Shown here: positions 19,520-29,266 of the stretch, piece after piece
Position numbering within the stretch: position 1 is the stretch's first letter
Layout of the letters: each line of letters starts with the position of its first letter
NCBI GenBank assembly: GCA_036495685.1
Contig: DASXMJ010000023.1
Coordinates: 77,020 to 141,019 of the forward strand
Reading direction: 5' to 3'
Origin: Candidatus Binataceae bacterium
GTDB lineage: Bacteria > Desulfobacterota > Binatia > Binatales > Binataceae
Length of the DNA stretch: 64,000 bases
Notes under the pieces: generated by a model
Database searches by the model: none
What the model was told of the DNA's origin: nothing
Seen by the model: only the letters and a program-made list of their open reading frames with translations
Made by a program: the position numbers and the translations under genes

Positions 19520-19702
19520 CTACTTTACCTGATATCGATCATCGAGCCCGCCAGGGTTGCTCATGCGGGTACAGCGTAAAGCTCGCTGCGGCGTGACCTT
19601 GGTGGTCTGCGCGTCCACAAGCACCACCAGGATGAGAACTCGGGCGGCGGCGTGTAACGGGTACCTGAGGTCGGCAACGGACGCGCGAAGGAGTCTTCTT
19701 CT

Positions 19703-20134
19703 TCAATGGTGCGGCTTCTTCAGCCACCGCCCCATAACTACCCGCTGTTCGACCGCGTAGCCAAGCCGCTCGTAAAAGCCGATTACTTTCTTGTTGGTCT
19801 CGCGAATCATCAGCATCGCTTTTGGCACCCCTCGCTGAGCCAGCCACCCTTCGGCATGCGCCATGATCTCGCGTCCTGCTCCCTTCTCCTGATGCTTGGG
19901 GGCGACTGCGACATAGTAGATCCATCCACGATGACCATCGTGGCCCACCATCGCGGTCGCCACGATCTTCGACTCGCCACCAGCGACACCCACAAGCAAT
20001 ATCGAATTTTCGGAGCCTACGCAGAACTCGATGTCAGAAGCCGGATCGTTCCATGGACGCGTGAGCTCGCACGCCTCCCACAGCGCAACCACCTTTTCGA
20101 AATCGGCAGGGGCATACGAACGGACGGTCAGCAC
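19703..20134 (-). CDS. GNAT family N-acetyltransferase
   Basis: 143 aa with acetyl-CoA binding motifs YYVAVAPKHQEKGAGREIM. Confidence 0.8.
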   Translation of the reverse strand: MLTVRSYAPADFEKVVALWEACELTRPWNDPASDIEFCVGSENSILLVGVAGGESKIVATAMVGHDGHRGWIYYVAVAPKHQEKGAGREIMAHAEGWLAQRGVPKAMLMIRETNKKVIGFYERLGYAVEQRVVMGRWLKKPHH

Positions 20135-20140
20135 TTACGG

Positions 20141-20836
20141 CTACCTGCGTGCGTAGCCCATCGCATCCAGAAAATCGTCGAGGGTCTCGAAACGGAGATA
20201 CATATTGGTCCGCTTCTGCTTGCCGATGGTCGAGCTCGACTCGTTGGAATAGGCGTGGCCGGGATACACTACCGTCGAATCATCAAGGCTTTTCAGGGTC
20301 CGGTTCAAGCTGTAGTACATCGCTTCCGGATCCGATCCCGGCAAGTCGACCCGCCCGCATGAGTTGATGAAGAGCGTATCGCCCGCGATAAGGTTTCCGG
20401 CTGCCAGGAAACACTGCGACCCCGGTGTATGCCCGGGCGTATGGAGAAACTTGACGTCGATATCCCCCACCTTGATCACGTCGCCGGCGTCCATCTTGAC
20501 CAGGTCGGAGTCGGATAGTCCCGCAACTCGCTTAGTGCCCTCTGCCTCGTGCTTGTTGACGTACACTTTGGCCTTGACGCGCTTGAGCATCTCCGCAGAG
20601 CCCTCGATACTTTGCCCCATCATATGCCCGCCCAGGTGGTCCTGGTGGTAGTGAGTGATCAGAATCTTGTCGATTTCGTAGCCTTCCTTCTCCACGAAAT
20701 CGCAGATCGCGTTGGTGTCCCAGGCGGGGTCGACTACCGCTACTTTATGCGAAACTGGGTCACCCAGAATGTAGACGTAGTTGGCCATCGGGCCGATCTG
20801 TGCCTGGCGCAAGTAGAGCCGTGGTTCATCCGCCAT
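20141..20836 (-). CDS. MBL-fold metallo-hydrolase (glyoxalase II-like)
   Basis: HYHQDHLGG metal-binding motif; 231 aa. Confidence 0.8.
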   Translation of the reverse strand: MADEPRLYLRQAQIGPMANYVYILGDPVSHKVAVVDPAWDTNAICDFVEKEGYEIDKILITHYHQDHLGGHMMGQSIEGSAEMLKRVKAKVYVNKHEAEGTKRVAGLSDSDLVKMDAGDVIKVGDIDVKFLHTPGHTPGSQCFLAAGNLIAGDTLFINSCGRVDLPGSDPEAMYYSLNRTLKSLDDSTVVYPGHAYSNESSSTIGKQKRTNMYLRFETLDDFLDAMGYARR

Positions 20837-20854
20837 GGTGCGAGCTCTCCCCGT

Positions 20855-21526
20855 TCAGGATTTTGCCCTGCGGCGTGTCGCCAATTGCCGGGCCGCGGCC
20901 CTGCGCCGCGCCGCCTTGATTTCCGGAGCGTCGAGGCGCAATCCGCGATCCCACAGAAACTCGGGCTCGCCAAGCCGCTTCGCGACCCAGCGGGATTGCA
21001 CGAACAGGTGGTCGCTGAGGCGGTTGACGTAAATGATGAGGTGCTCGTTGACGGGTTCCTCGCGCTTGAGGCGCCATAGCTGACGCTCCGCGCGCCGGCA
21101 CACGGTGCGGGCCAGATGCAGAAATGCATTCAGTTCGCCACCGCCGGGCAAGGTGAAGGATTTGAGCGATTCGAGCTCTTCCTCCATCTTGTCCATCTCT
21201 TCCTCGAGCTTGGCTACTTCCGCCGCGCTCATCTTGTGCATCCCTTCGTATTCGCCGTCGGCGGGAGTCGCCAGTTCGCTGCCAACATCGAACAGCTCGT
21301 TCTGGATGCGTCGCAGGCACTCGAAATACCATTCGCCTTCGTTTCCGAATTTGAAGATATATTTCGGCAAGTAGGTCCTGACGATGCCGATGACGGAATT
21401 GAGCTCGTCGATCGTCCCATAGCTTTCGATACGGCCGCTTTCCTTCGCGACCCGGGCTCCCCCTACCAGAGCGGTCGTGCCCTTGTCTCCAGTGCGCGTG
21501 TAGATATGTGTGAGCCGAATCGCCAT
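20855..21526 (-). CDS. ATP:cob(I)alamin adenosyltransferase, PduO type
   Basis: The N-terminus IYTRTGDKGTTAL...SYGTIDELNSVIG matches PduO/MMAB-family adenosyltransferases. Confidence 0.85.
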   Translation of the reverse strand: MAIRLTHIYTRTGDKGTTALVGGARVAKESGRIESYGTIDELNSVIGIVRTYLPKYIFKFGNEGEWYFECLRRIQNELFDVGSELATPADGEYEGMHKMSAAEVAKLEEEMDKMEEELESLKSFTLPGGGELNAFLHLARTVCRRAERQLWRLKREEPVNEHLIIYVNRLSDHLFVQSRWVAKRLGEPEFLWDRGLRLDAPEIKAARRRAAARQLATRRRAKS

Positions 21527-21984
21527 CAGAGCCCAGCTTTTTTGCGTTGCGCCTCGTAGCTGGCATCACCCAGATCGGTCGACACCGGCAGTCCGCTCTC
21601 GTGCCATCCGGCGACGACCAGGTTGCCGGATTGATCGCGCTGGCCGCCGAATCCGCCCGCCACGTTGGTCAAATCGGTGTATCCGGCTTCTTCGAGCATC
21701 TCGCACGCTCGCATCGAGCGCCCGCCTGCCTGGCAGCCTACCACCAGCTTCCGACTTTTCGGGAGAACTTTCCCGACGACCTCGACAAAGTCCGGATTCG
21801 CCTGCATCTGTCCCGGCCCCTTGATGAATACCACCGGGATGTTGATCGCACCCGCGGCGTGACCTTGGGCGAATTCGCGCTCTGTGCGAACGTCAAGGTA
21901 AACCGCGTCAGGGTTTTGCTTCAAAGCCTCGAACGCCTCAGTCGGCCGGAATTGCTTGATCGGCATTGGCCTAAATTCCTCCAT
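21526..21984 (-). CDS. rhodanese-like sulfurtransferase domain protein
   Basis: 152 aa with an active-site loop CQAGGRS and LDVRTEREF. Its stop overlaps the adenosyltransferase start. Confidence 0.8.
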   Translation of the reverse strand: MEEFRPMPIKQFRPTEAFEALKQNPDAVYLDVRTEREFAQGHAAGAINIPVVFIKGPGQMQANPDFVEVVGKVLPKSRKLVVGCQAGGRSMRACEMLEEAGYTDLTNVAGGFGGQRDQSGNLVVAGWHESGLPVSTDLGDASYEAQRKKAGL

Positions 21985-22043
21985 AAGCTCCGCGCGACAA
22001 TCCTAGCAGGTAACATGAAAGAGGGGTCGAGCTCCGTTGTAGA

Positions 22044-22072
22044 ATGGTGAGTGGTTGACGAATTCACCATTT
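22044..22072. repeat. inverted repeat AATGGTGA...TCACCATT, immediately upstream of the transposase gene
   Basis: aatggtgagtggttgacgaattcaccatt has 8-bp perfect arms. It is plausibly the subterminal IR of the IS110/IS1111-type element. Confidence 0.35.
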
Positions 22073-22094
22073 ACGAAGAGGAGGAACGACCCCA

Positions 22095-23159
22095 ATGTTG
22101 TACGCCGGAATAGATTACCACAAACGATACTCGCAGGTGCACGTCATCGACGAGCAGGGGCGAACCCGAGTCACGGCACGACTGGCGAACGACTTAGCCA
22201 GCCTGCGGGGGTTTTTCGGTAAGTTGGCGGAGCCGTGTCGGGCGGTGGTTGAAGCGGGCTGGAACTGGGGCGTGATGTACGACTGGCTGGACGCAATCGA
22301 GAACGTGGCCGAGGTCGAGCTGGCGCATCCATATCGAGTCCGCGCGATCGCGGCGGCCCAGGTCAAGACCGATTCGATCGATGCGCACACCCTGGCGCAG
22401 CTGCTGCGGGTCAATCTGATCCCGCGCGCCTATGTACCAGGAGTGGAGACCCGACGGCTGCGCGAGCTGGTGCGCCAACGGGTGTTCCTGGTGCGGATGC
22501 GGACGATGGTGAAGAACCGCGTCCAGGCGCTGCTCGCACGCCAGCATGTGCCGCTGCCGGCGGTGAGCGATATTTTCGGCAAGCGCGGACGGGACTACTT
22601 GAGTAAGCTTAAGCTCGAAGGCGCGACACAGGAGCTCTTGCGCCAGGATCTCGAGTTGCTCGAGACCCTCACGGAGGAAGTGCGCGCGACCGAAAAGTGG
22701 CTGCACCAAGCGACCCAGAGCGATCAGCGGGTGGGAGCATTGCGTACCATTCCGGGGCTCGGCGAACTTCTAGCGACCGTGGTGGCGTTGGAGATCGACC
22801 GGATTGAGCGCTTTGAGACTCCCGCCAAACTCGCCGCCTACGCCGGACTGGTGCCGACCACCCATTCCTCCGGCGGGCACACTTTCCACGGCAAGCTGAT
22901 GCCGCAGAGCAACAAGTGGCTGCGCTGGGCGCTGGTGGAAGCGGCCTGGGTGGCGGTCAGACTCGATCCTTACTTCCGGGCGCACTTCGCCAAGCGCCGC
23001 GCGCACAAACCAGCCCAAAGCGCGATCATCGCGACCGCGCGCCGACTGCTGGAGGTGGTGTGGCATGTGCTCAAAGAAAATCGCCCCTATCAGAGCCGGC
23101 CAGTAACCGGTCCGAATCGAGCGTTAAACACTTCCTCGGCTGCCTTCGTCGCACCCTAG
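22095..23159 (+). CDS. IS110 family transposase
   Basis: 354 aa. It has the N-terminal DEDD-type motif YAGIDYHK and a C-terminal IS116/IS110/IS902-type domain. Confidence 0.9.
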   Translation: MLYAGIDYHKRYSQVHVIDEQGRTRVTARLANDLASLRGFFGKLAEPCRAVVEAGWNWGVMYDWLDAIENVAEVELAHPYRVRAIAAAQVKTDSIDAHTLAQLLRVNLIPRAYVPGVETRRLRELVRQRVFLVRMRTMVKNRVQALLARQHVPLPAVSDIFGKRGRDYLSKLKLEGATQELLRQDLELLETLTEEVRATEKWLHQATQSDQRVGALRTIPGLGELLATVVALEIDRIERFETPAKLAAYAGLVPTTHSSGGHTFHGKLMPQSNKWLRWALVEAAWVAVRLDPYFRAHFAKRRAHKPAQSAIIATARRLLEVVWHVLKENRPYQSRPVTGPNRALNTSSAAFVAP

Positions 23160-23332
23160 CCTTCGGGGCTCGCTAGCAGGATAAGGAGCCGAGGATCGAA
23201 TCAGTTACCACGTGTGGCAGGGCCACGAAGAGAAGGATGATCTGGATCTTAACCCGCGCCAAGAGGCGCCGAAAAGAAAAAACTACTTACAAACGTGGGA
23301 CCCTTGTGGAGGAAGGATAAGGACAAACCGCG

Positions 23333-23351
23333 CCGCGCCGAAACGGCGCGG
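23333..23351 (-). terminator. possible intrinsic terminator downstream of the nitroreductase gene
   Basis: An 8-bp GC stem (CGCCGCGCCG aaa CGGCGCGG) that, read on the minus strand, is followed by TTTGT. Confidence 0.3.
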
Positions 23352-23494
23352 AAGAAAAATACATACAAGTAAGTACATCAGATGAGACGGGAGACTTGAC
23401 TGCCTCTTTCAGAGAAGGGTGCCAAAAAACCCGGGAACAGGGCCGGGCAGAATTTCCGCTCAAAATGCCTGCTCGCAGGTCGTTGCGCCCCCAA

Positions 23495-24007
23495 CTATGC
23501 GCTCGGGTTCCCGTAACGCTCGTAATGAACCATCTCTTTTTTCGGGCGCAGCGGACGCGACTCGGGAGGCCGTTTTGGGTCCGAATAACCGAAGGGCAAA
23601 ATGGTGAAGATTGCCCACGGCGCGGGAGCGCCGAGCATCTCGCAGATTTTGAGGTTGTCAAAATTGCCGACCCAGCAGGTACCGAGTCCCAACGCCCAAC
23701 CCGCCACCGCCATGTTCTGCACCGCCTGCGCGCAGTCGACATCGGCCCACCGCGCGTTCTCGGTGTTCTTTAGCACGACGATCGCGGCGGGCGCGTCGGA
23801 GACAAAACGTCCGGTCGAGCAAAGCTCGCCCATCTTCTTGAGGCACGCCCGATCGCGCACCACGATGAATTGCCAGGGCTGCAGGTTGCGTGCGCTCATC
23901 GCATGCCGGCCTGCATCGACGATGTGCTCGAGTTTGTCGCTTTCAACGTCGCGCGTGGAAAATCCGCGCTGCACTCGTCTGCTTTTGATGGCCTCGATCG
24001 CTTCCAT
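23495..24007 (-). CDS. nitroreductase family protein
   Basis: 170 aa with RRVQRGFSTRDV, NLQPWQFIVV and a C-terminal LPFGY. Confidence 0.8.
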   Translation of the reverse strand: MEAIEAIKSRRVQRGFSTRDVESDKLEHIVDAGRHAMSARNLQPWQFIVVRDRACLKKMGELCSTGRFVSDAPAAIVVLKNTENARWADVDCAQAVQNMAVAGWALGLGTCWVGNFDNLKICEMLGAPAPWAIFTILPFGYSDPKRPPESRPLRPKKEMVHYERYGNPSA

Positions 24008-24097
24008 GGGAACACTCCTGTCGAGAATCGGAATCGACCTGCTGAGCGCGGTTCGGCGACTCCCCCCGCGTGTGTGGCGACCGGCGAGGACCGGACC

Positions 24098-24379
24098 TCA
24101 GCCGCGTTTGTATACGATATAACTCTCGGCGAACTTCGCGATGCGATCCTGCACCGACGCGGTCCGCTGCGTACCCAGGAAGAACTGGACCAGTTCCTCG
24201 TGGCCGATCTCGCCACCGGGACTCAGCAATTCCACCAGCTCGTCGATTAGGGTGGGAAATTTCTCGCTCGGGATGTAGTAGTTCGCCCAGCCGAAGTTGC
24301 AGTGGCGATGGAGAATCTTCGCAATGGTCTTTTCCAGGACCTCGCGCCGGCCGCCATCGTGATTCTGTTCGTCGCTCAA
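24098..24379 (-). CDS. hypothetical protein (93 aa)
   Basis: No recognisable family. It is tightly linked (30-nt gap) downstream of the YiiX-like gene. Confidence 0.45.
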   Translation of the reverse strand: MSDEQNHDGGRREVLEKTIAKILHRHCNFGWANYYIPSEKFPTLIDELVELLSPGGEIGHEELVQFFLGTQRTASVQDRIAKFAESYIVYKRG

Positions 24380-24409
24380 GTCGTCTGCTCCGTGCTCAGA
24401 TTGATGCGG

Positions 24410-25294
24410 CTATGCGCCTTTCTTGATTTGTGCCAACGGCGCGTCGTCCGCCCATCGAATCTTCCGATAGTCGAACCGCATGCTCTCGATAATATTAAAC
24501 TTGACGATTTCGAAGTAGGGAGAGAGATCGAAATCTCGCGGCGTTATGAGCGTCGGGGAAACCTGCCGCCAGATTCCCGGCGGCTTGGTAGACCGCCGCG
24601 GCCACAACGCGAGGCGCGAGGTCGGAATGGGATCATCGGGTAATTGCTCGTAGCGCGGCACGATTGGAAAGCGCACCCGGTTGAAGCACGAAGCGAGCAA
24701 GCTGGAGCAGATCACCCGGGTCGGTTCTCCACTGCCAAACTGCAAAGCGGTGCGGCGAAAGCGACGGGGAATGAGACTGACCGGCAGAAAGTAGCGGCCC
24801 AGATCGACCACATTCTTGACGTCGTAGTTGGCGCCGACGCTGCGCAGCGCCTCGTCCAATACCTCCGCCAAGTCAGCCGTCGAGAGATTATACGGGCGGC
24901 AGATACGGATGTTGAAATCCCGATACTTGGTCAACGGCGAGAGGACCACGCCGCGGTCCACCAGCGCCTCGACGACTAAGAAAGTCTCCTCTTCACCAAA
25001 TTCCGCGACCAGCTCGCCGCGCTTGTGCGGGTCCCGCCGCAGCGGCTCGTCGCCGACGAACAGCGCCGAATGCGACCACGAGCTTTGGGTCAGATACTTG
25101 ATGCATTCGCTAATCCGTTCGTTGCCCTCGACCAAAACCACGTCGCCTTTGCGGATATGGCGTTTGAGGCTCGCCATGTCGTTGGGCGAATGGAGCTCGT
25201 AGCTCTTGAGCGGCTTGGTCAGAACTCGGACCGCGGCATCGGAAAGCCGCTGCCGCAGTCGAGCGAAGAGATTCAATTTCCGCCGCTCGGCCAT
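24410..25294 (-). CDS. YiiX/DUF830-like permuted papain-fold (NlpC/P60 superfamily) protein
   Basis: GDVVLVEG...SSWSHSALFVGD parallels E. coli YiiX GDIIFQ...SDYSHTGMLV. A later Cys-containing segment is RVICSSLLASCF. The assignment is recalled from memory, not a search. Confidence 0.5.
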   Translation of the reverse strand: MAERRKLNLFARLRQRLSDAAVRVLTKPLKSYELHSPNDMASLKRHIRKGDVVLVEGNERISECIKYLTQSSWSHSALFVGDEPLRRDPHKRGELVAEFGEEETFLVVEALVDRGVVLSPLTKYRDFNIRICRPYNLSTADLAEVLDEALRSVGANYDVKNVVDLGRYFLPVSLIPRRFRRTALQFGSGEPTRVICSSLLASCFNRVRFPIVPRYEQLPDDPIPTSRLALWPRRSTKPPGIWRQVSPTLITPRDFDLSPYFEIVKFNIIESMRFDYRKIRWADDAPLAQIKKGA

Positions 25295-25527
25295 TTAAGC
25301 GTAGATCGCATAAGAAATTTGCGCTCTGCCCAGATAATACGGACTGATCGCTCATGGAAACAAGCGATTTTCCAGAGTAGTCAAGGTGGTGCTGTCGCCG
25401 AGGCGTTTTCAGCTCGTGCCCCTCTTCCGGTGTGTCTTGGGGCAGCAGCCGCGCCCAGCTCAGCGCACCTTGTGGGACCCGGATTGGCAAGCGGGAGCCG
25501 CCCGACGCGCGCGACACAACAGTCAAG

Positions 25528-26556
25528 TCAGATCTTGAACTGCCAAACGATGGCGTAGAACGGAACGTCGACCTTGCTCTGCTCCGGGTCGTCGGTCTTG
25601 ATCGCCAGCTGTCCACGCAATTGACCATCCGGCGTACCGCGCCGAAGCGTCACCGTAATGCGATATTCCCTACCCGCCTTGACCGGATCGGCCGAGGCGA
25701 CTACCGAGGGCGTCGAACTCGAGATGTCAAGTACCTTGACGTCTCGCGGACTGGAATTGGTGAGCCGCAGAATCCGGACGACGTCCTGGCCCTTGGGAAC
25801 GATGCCAAATGAAACCTGCGCGGGGTCGAGCGTCAGGTCGCCCGCGACAGTTCCGAAGACATCGATCTGCAGCGGCGCCCGGTTGGTAGTCACCTTGATC
25901 GCATCATCGAAGGTTCCCGCCGGCATGGTCGGCAGCAGATCGACTTTCAGGAGCGCGCCTAGCTTGCCGTCCTTGCGCGGTTCGATCGCAACCTTGATCG
26001 ACGGGCTCGAGTTGCTGACCGAGCTGACCTTGAACCCTTTCTGCGCAGTCAGGTCATCGATCGTGACTTCCTGCGTCGCCGTGGCCCCCTTGCGAACCGT
26101 ACCGAATGCGACCTGCGCCGGCGTCGCGGCGACTTGCTGCCTGACCATGCCCTGCATCGTCATCACTGCTTGCGGCGTCGCAGGATCGTTGGTGAATGCG
26201 GTGATGGTTCGGACCTGGTGGCCCTTCTGGAAATGCGTGTCGAACCCTACCGAGATGTCCGCCTCCTCGCCGGGCGCCAGGTGGTTTTTGCTGGGCGCCG
26301 CCGCGGTGCATCCGCAGGAGGTTTTCATGCCGCGGATTTCCAGCTCACCGCTCCCGGTGTTTTTGATCTTGAAGACGTGGTCCACCATTTTCCCTTCAAG
26401 CGCAGTCCCGAAATCGTAGAAGGGATTGAGCACCTGAACCTTGGGCTGCGGACCCGGGGGCGCAGAGTTAAGTCCGGGAATCTGGGGCGGACTCTGCGCG
26501 GCCGCGACGCCGCGGATCAGCACAGTGGCCACGAAGGCAAGCAGCATTCGACGCAT
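25528..26556 (-). CDS. secreted DUF1573 domain protein with additional Ig-like repeats
   Basis: Signal peptide MRRMLLAFVATVLIRGVAAAQ. The DUF1573 hallmark is FYDFGTALEGKMVDHVFKIKNTGSGELEIRGMKTSCGCT. Two further roughly 100-aa repeats follow (QVAFGTV..., QVSFGIV...). The start is chosen at the signal peptide, not at the track ORF start. Confidence 0.65.
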   Translation of the reverse strand: MRRMLLAFVATVLIRGVAAAQSPPQIPGLNSAPPGPQPKVQVLNPFYDFGTALEGKMVDHVFKIKNTGSGELEIRGMKTSCGCTAAAPSKNHLAPGEEADISVGFDTHFQKGHQVRTITAFTNDPATPQAVMTMQGMVRQQVAATPAQVAFGTVRKGATATQEVTIDDLTAQKGFKVSSVSNSSPSIKVAIEPRKDGKLGALLKVDLLPTMPAGTFDDAIKVTTNRAPLQIDVFGTVAGDLTLDPAQVSFGIVPKGQDVVRILRLTNSSPRDVKVLDISSSTPSVVASADPVKAGREYRITVTLRRGTPDGQLRGQLAIKTDDPEQSKVDVPFYAIVWQFKI

Positions 26557-26627
26557 AACGCGCTCCAACTTCCACGCGCACCAAGCACGCGGTCCAGAAT
26601 AATCAATCCGTTCGTCCTGAATGGCGG

Positions 26628-28010
26628 TCAAGAGGCTTTCGCTGCGGGCATTTCACCGGTCGCGCGGGGGGCGGGCTCGTATCTCCTGAGAAAGCCCGTC
26701 GAAAAGTCGCCGCGGATAAAATCCGGGTCGTGCAGAATCTTGAGATGGAGGGGGATATTGGTCCGGATTCCGTCGATCAAATACTCGCGCAACGCGGCGC
26801 GCGCCCGCAGCATGGTCAGCTTGCGGGTCTCGGAATGGACAATCAGTTTTGCAACCAGCGGATCGTAGTGCACCGGCACCCGATAACCGTCGTAAAGGGC
26901 GGTTTCGACCCGCACGCCCAATCCCCCAGGCGGATGATGGTTTGAAACCAGTCCGGGCGACGGCAGGTGCTTCTCCGGATCCTCCGCGTAAATGCGAAAT
27001 TCCATGGCGCATCCGCTGAAGGTTACCTGCTTCTGCTTGAGGTTGAGCCGCTCGCCCAGCGCCAGCCGAATGCTTTCCTTGACCAGGTCGATGCCGGTCA
27101 CCATCTCGGTGACTCCGTGCTCGACCTGGATTCGCGTGTTCATCTCGATGAAATGGAACTCGCCGTCTGGGGCGAGGAGAAACTCCACCGTGCCGACGTT
27201 CGAATAGCCCACCACTTCAGCCGCGCGCACCGCCGCCTTACCCATCTTCTCGCGCCAGCGCGGATTCAGTACCGGACACGGCGATTCCTCGATAACCTTC
27301 TGATGACGACGCTGGATCGAGCAGTCGCGCTCACCCAGATGCAGCACGTTGCGGAAGTTGTCAGCGACAATCTGGAATTCAACGTGGCGCGCATGTTCGA
27401 GGTACTTCTCCAGGTACATGGTCCGCGAATTGAAGGCCGCTTCGCTTTCGGCGCGCGCCAACGGAAACAGACGCTCCAGCTCCTTCACGTCGCGCACCAC
27501 GCGCATCCCTTTCCCGCCTCCCCCCGCTGCCGCCTTGATCAGCACCGGAAATCCCAGCCGCTTTGCGTCCGTGAGCGCATCGCGAACCTCGGTAACGCCC
27601 TTTCCATCGCTCCCCGGAAGCACCGGAACGCCGGCACGTTTCATGATGCGCCGGGCGCGCGGCTTGTCACCCATAAGCCGGATGTGGCGAGCGCGCGGCC
27701 CGACGAACTGAAGGCCGGATCGTTGACAGGCTTCCGCGAAATCACCGTTCTCGGAAAGAAAGCCGTATCCGGGATGGACCGCGTCGGCGCCGTAGGTCAG
27801 CGCGGCGCTCAGAATCGAGGGGATGCTGAGGTAGCTATCTTCTGCCGCAGGCGGCCCGATGCACACCGATTCATCGGCCATCCGAACATGCAGCGCATCT
27901 TTGTCCGCCGTGGAATAGACCGCCACTGTCGGGATCCCGAGTTCGCGACATGCGCGGATTATGCGAATCGCGATCGTGCCCCGATTGGCGACGAGAAGCT
28001 TCTTGAACAT
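26628..28010 (-). CDS. accC: acetyl-CoA carboxylase biotin carboxylase subunit
   Basis: 460 aa with MFKKLLVANRGTIAIRIIRACRELGI and an ATP-grasp fold. Confidence 0.95.
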   Translation of the reverse strand: MFKKLLVANRGTIAIRIIRACRELGIPTVAVYSTADKDALHVRMADESVCIGPPAAEDSYLSIPSILSAALTYGADAVHPGYGFLSENGDFAEACQRSGLQFVGPRARHIRLMGDKPRARRIMKRAGVPVLPGSDGKGVTEVRDALTDAKRLGFPVLIKAAAGGGGKGMRVVRDVKELERLFPLARAESEAAFNSRTMYLEKYLEHARHVEFQIVADNFRNVLHLGERDCSIQRRHQKVIEESPCPVLNPRWREKMGKAAVRAAEVVGYSNVGTVEFLLAPDGEFHFIEMNTRIQVEHGVTEMVTGIDLVKESIRLALGERLNLKQKQVTFSGCAMEFRIYAEDPEKHLPSPGLVSNHHPPGGLGVRVETALYDGYRVPVHYDPLVAKLIVHSETRKLTMLRARAALREYLIDGIRTNIPLHLKILHDPDFIRGDFSTGFLRRYEPAPRATGEMPAAKAS

Positions 28011-28039
28011 TGGAACGTTCTAGCGATTGCGCGGGCGGC

Positions 28040-28516
28040 TCAGCCTACCTCTATCACCATCAAAGCCTGGCCGTACTCAACGGGCTGGGCGTTCTCGGCA
28101 ACTATCCTCACGACACGCCCTGCAGCAGGCGCTTCGATCTCATTCATCATCTTCATCGCTTCAATAATACAGACTGTCTGACCTTTGCGCACCGAGGAGC
28201 CTTCCTCCACAAACGGCGCGGCATCGGGAGCGGAGGCACGGTAAAAGGTCCCGACCATCGGGCTCTCGACGAGCATCTGGTTCGAAGCAAGTTCGACCGC
28301 GGCCCCATCTGTTTTGGCGGCGACTTTCGCGCCCGCTCGGCGCCTCCCGGGCTTGACCGATACTGCGGAGGAATTGGGCTGCGAATTGGCCTCGAGTGAG
28401 GGAGCCAGCGGAGCACGAACCAGGCGAACCTTGCCCTTTTTGTCTTCGATTTCGAGTTCGACCAGGCCGTGGTCGTTCATCAGGGCAATCAGGGCCTTTA
28501 TCTCTCGAACTTCCAT
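28040..28516 (-). CDS. accB: acetyl-CoA carboxylase biotin carboxyl carrier protein
   Basis: The C-terminal biotinyl domain reads CIIEAMKMMNEIEAP. The start is set at MEVREIKALI. It lies upstream of accC. Confidence 0.85.
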   Translation of the reverse strand: MEVREIKALIALMNDHGLVELEIEDKKGKVRLVRAPLAPSLEANSQPNSSAVSVKPGRRRAGAKVAAKTDGAAVELASNQMLVESPMVGTFYRASAPDAAPFVEEGSSVRKGQTVCIIEAMKMMNEIEAPAAGRVVRIVAENAQPVEYGQALMVIEVG

Positions 28517-28565
28517 TCCTTCTCCAAGATCATGGCATGCCAACGCCAATTGCGCGAACGGTCGC

Positions 28566-29081
28566 CTACGGGGCTGCCGCCCTGGTCGACAGCAGTGTTG
28601 CCGCGGCGCGTAGCGCCAAGTAGTACCCTTCTGCACCGAACCCCATGATTCGGCCGACTGCCAGATCCGCGATGGTGGAATGATGGCGGAATGATTCGCG
28701 TCGGTAGACGTTGGACAGATGCACCTCGATTACCGGAACGGCGATCGCCGCAAGCGCGTCGCGAATCGCGATGCTCGTGTGGGTGTAGGCACCCGGATTT
28801 ACGAGGATCAGGTCAGATCGATCGCGGGCCTTCTGGATGCGATCGACGATCGCGCCCTCGGAATTCGACTGGAAGCTGTCGACCGAAAGACTCAGCTCGC
28901 GCCCCAGTCGTTTCAACTCCCGGTCGATATCGCGAAGCCGGGTACGGCCATAGACTTCCGGTTCGCGCTCTCCCAGGAGATTCAGGTTAGGCCCGTGAAC
29001 CACCAGGACGCGAAAAGCTCGCCCGCTCTTGGCTTCGCCGTCAGCTCGGCCGCGCCCGGAAGCATCTTTCTCCCGCGTCAC
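28566..29081 (-). CDS. aroQ: type II 3-dehydroquinate dehydratase
   Basis: [21 protein letters not shown] and [15 protein letters not shown] match the type II family. The start is an approximate GTG. It forms the conserved aroQ-accB-accC arrangement. Confidence 0.75.
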   Translation of the reverse strand: MTREKDASGRGRADGEAKSGRAFRVLVVHGPNLNLLGEREPEVYGRTRLRDIDRELKRLGRELSLSVDSFQSNSEGAIVDRIQKARDRSDLILVNPGAYTHTSIAIRDALAAIAVPVIEVHLSNVYRRESFRHHSTIADLAVGRIMGFGAEGYYLALRAAATLLSTRAAAP

Positions 29082-29266
29082 GTCCCCGCACAACTCCTCG
29101 CGGCATTGAACCCTACCGCACCCTCGACTTCAAGCCGGTCTGCCCCCGCAGCGACCGCAAGCGGCAAACCTGATCACCAGGTGCCAGTTGGTCCGCTCGC
29201 GATTTGGTCGCTCGCGGCTTGTATTGCGGGCGGGGAGAAGCGGGGGGTCGGCGACCGGCATCACAA

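Larger units (their letters stand above)
21985..23420 (+). mobile_element. IS110-family insertion sequence (boundaries approximate)
   Basis: The boundaries enclose the IS110-type transposase CDS. There is a subterminal inverted repeat upstream. A low-GC, A-rich segment at 23160-23400 lies downstream, atypical for this roughly 65% GC locus. Confidence 0.45.

Noticed and set aside
20826-21569. 247-aa alternative-frame ORF overlapping the PduO-type adenosyltransferase
   Set aside because: It is Arg-rich and overlaps a confidently assigned gene in another frame on the same strand.
23287-23742. 151-aa minus-strand ORF spanning the IS-flanking low-GC segment and part of the nitroreductase gene
   Set aside because: It overlaps the nitroreductase CDS in another frame. 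It has no homology signal and a Cys/Arg/Ser-rich composition.
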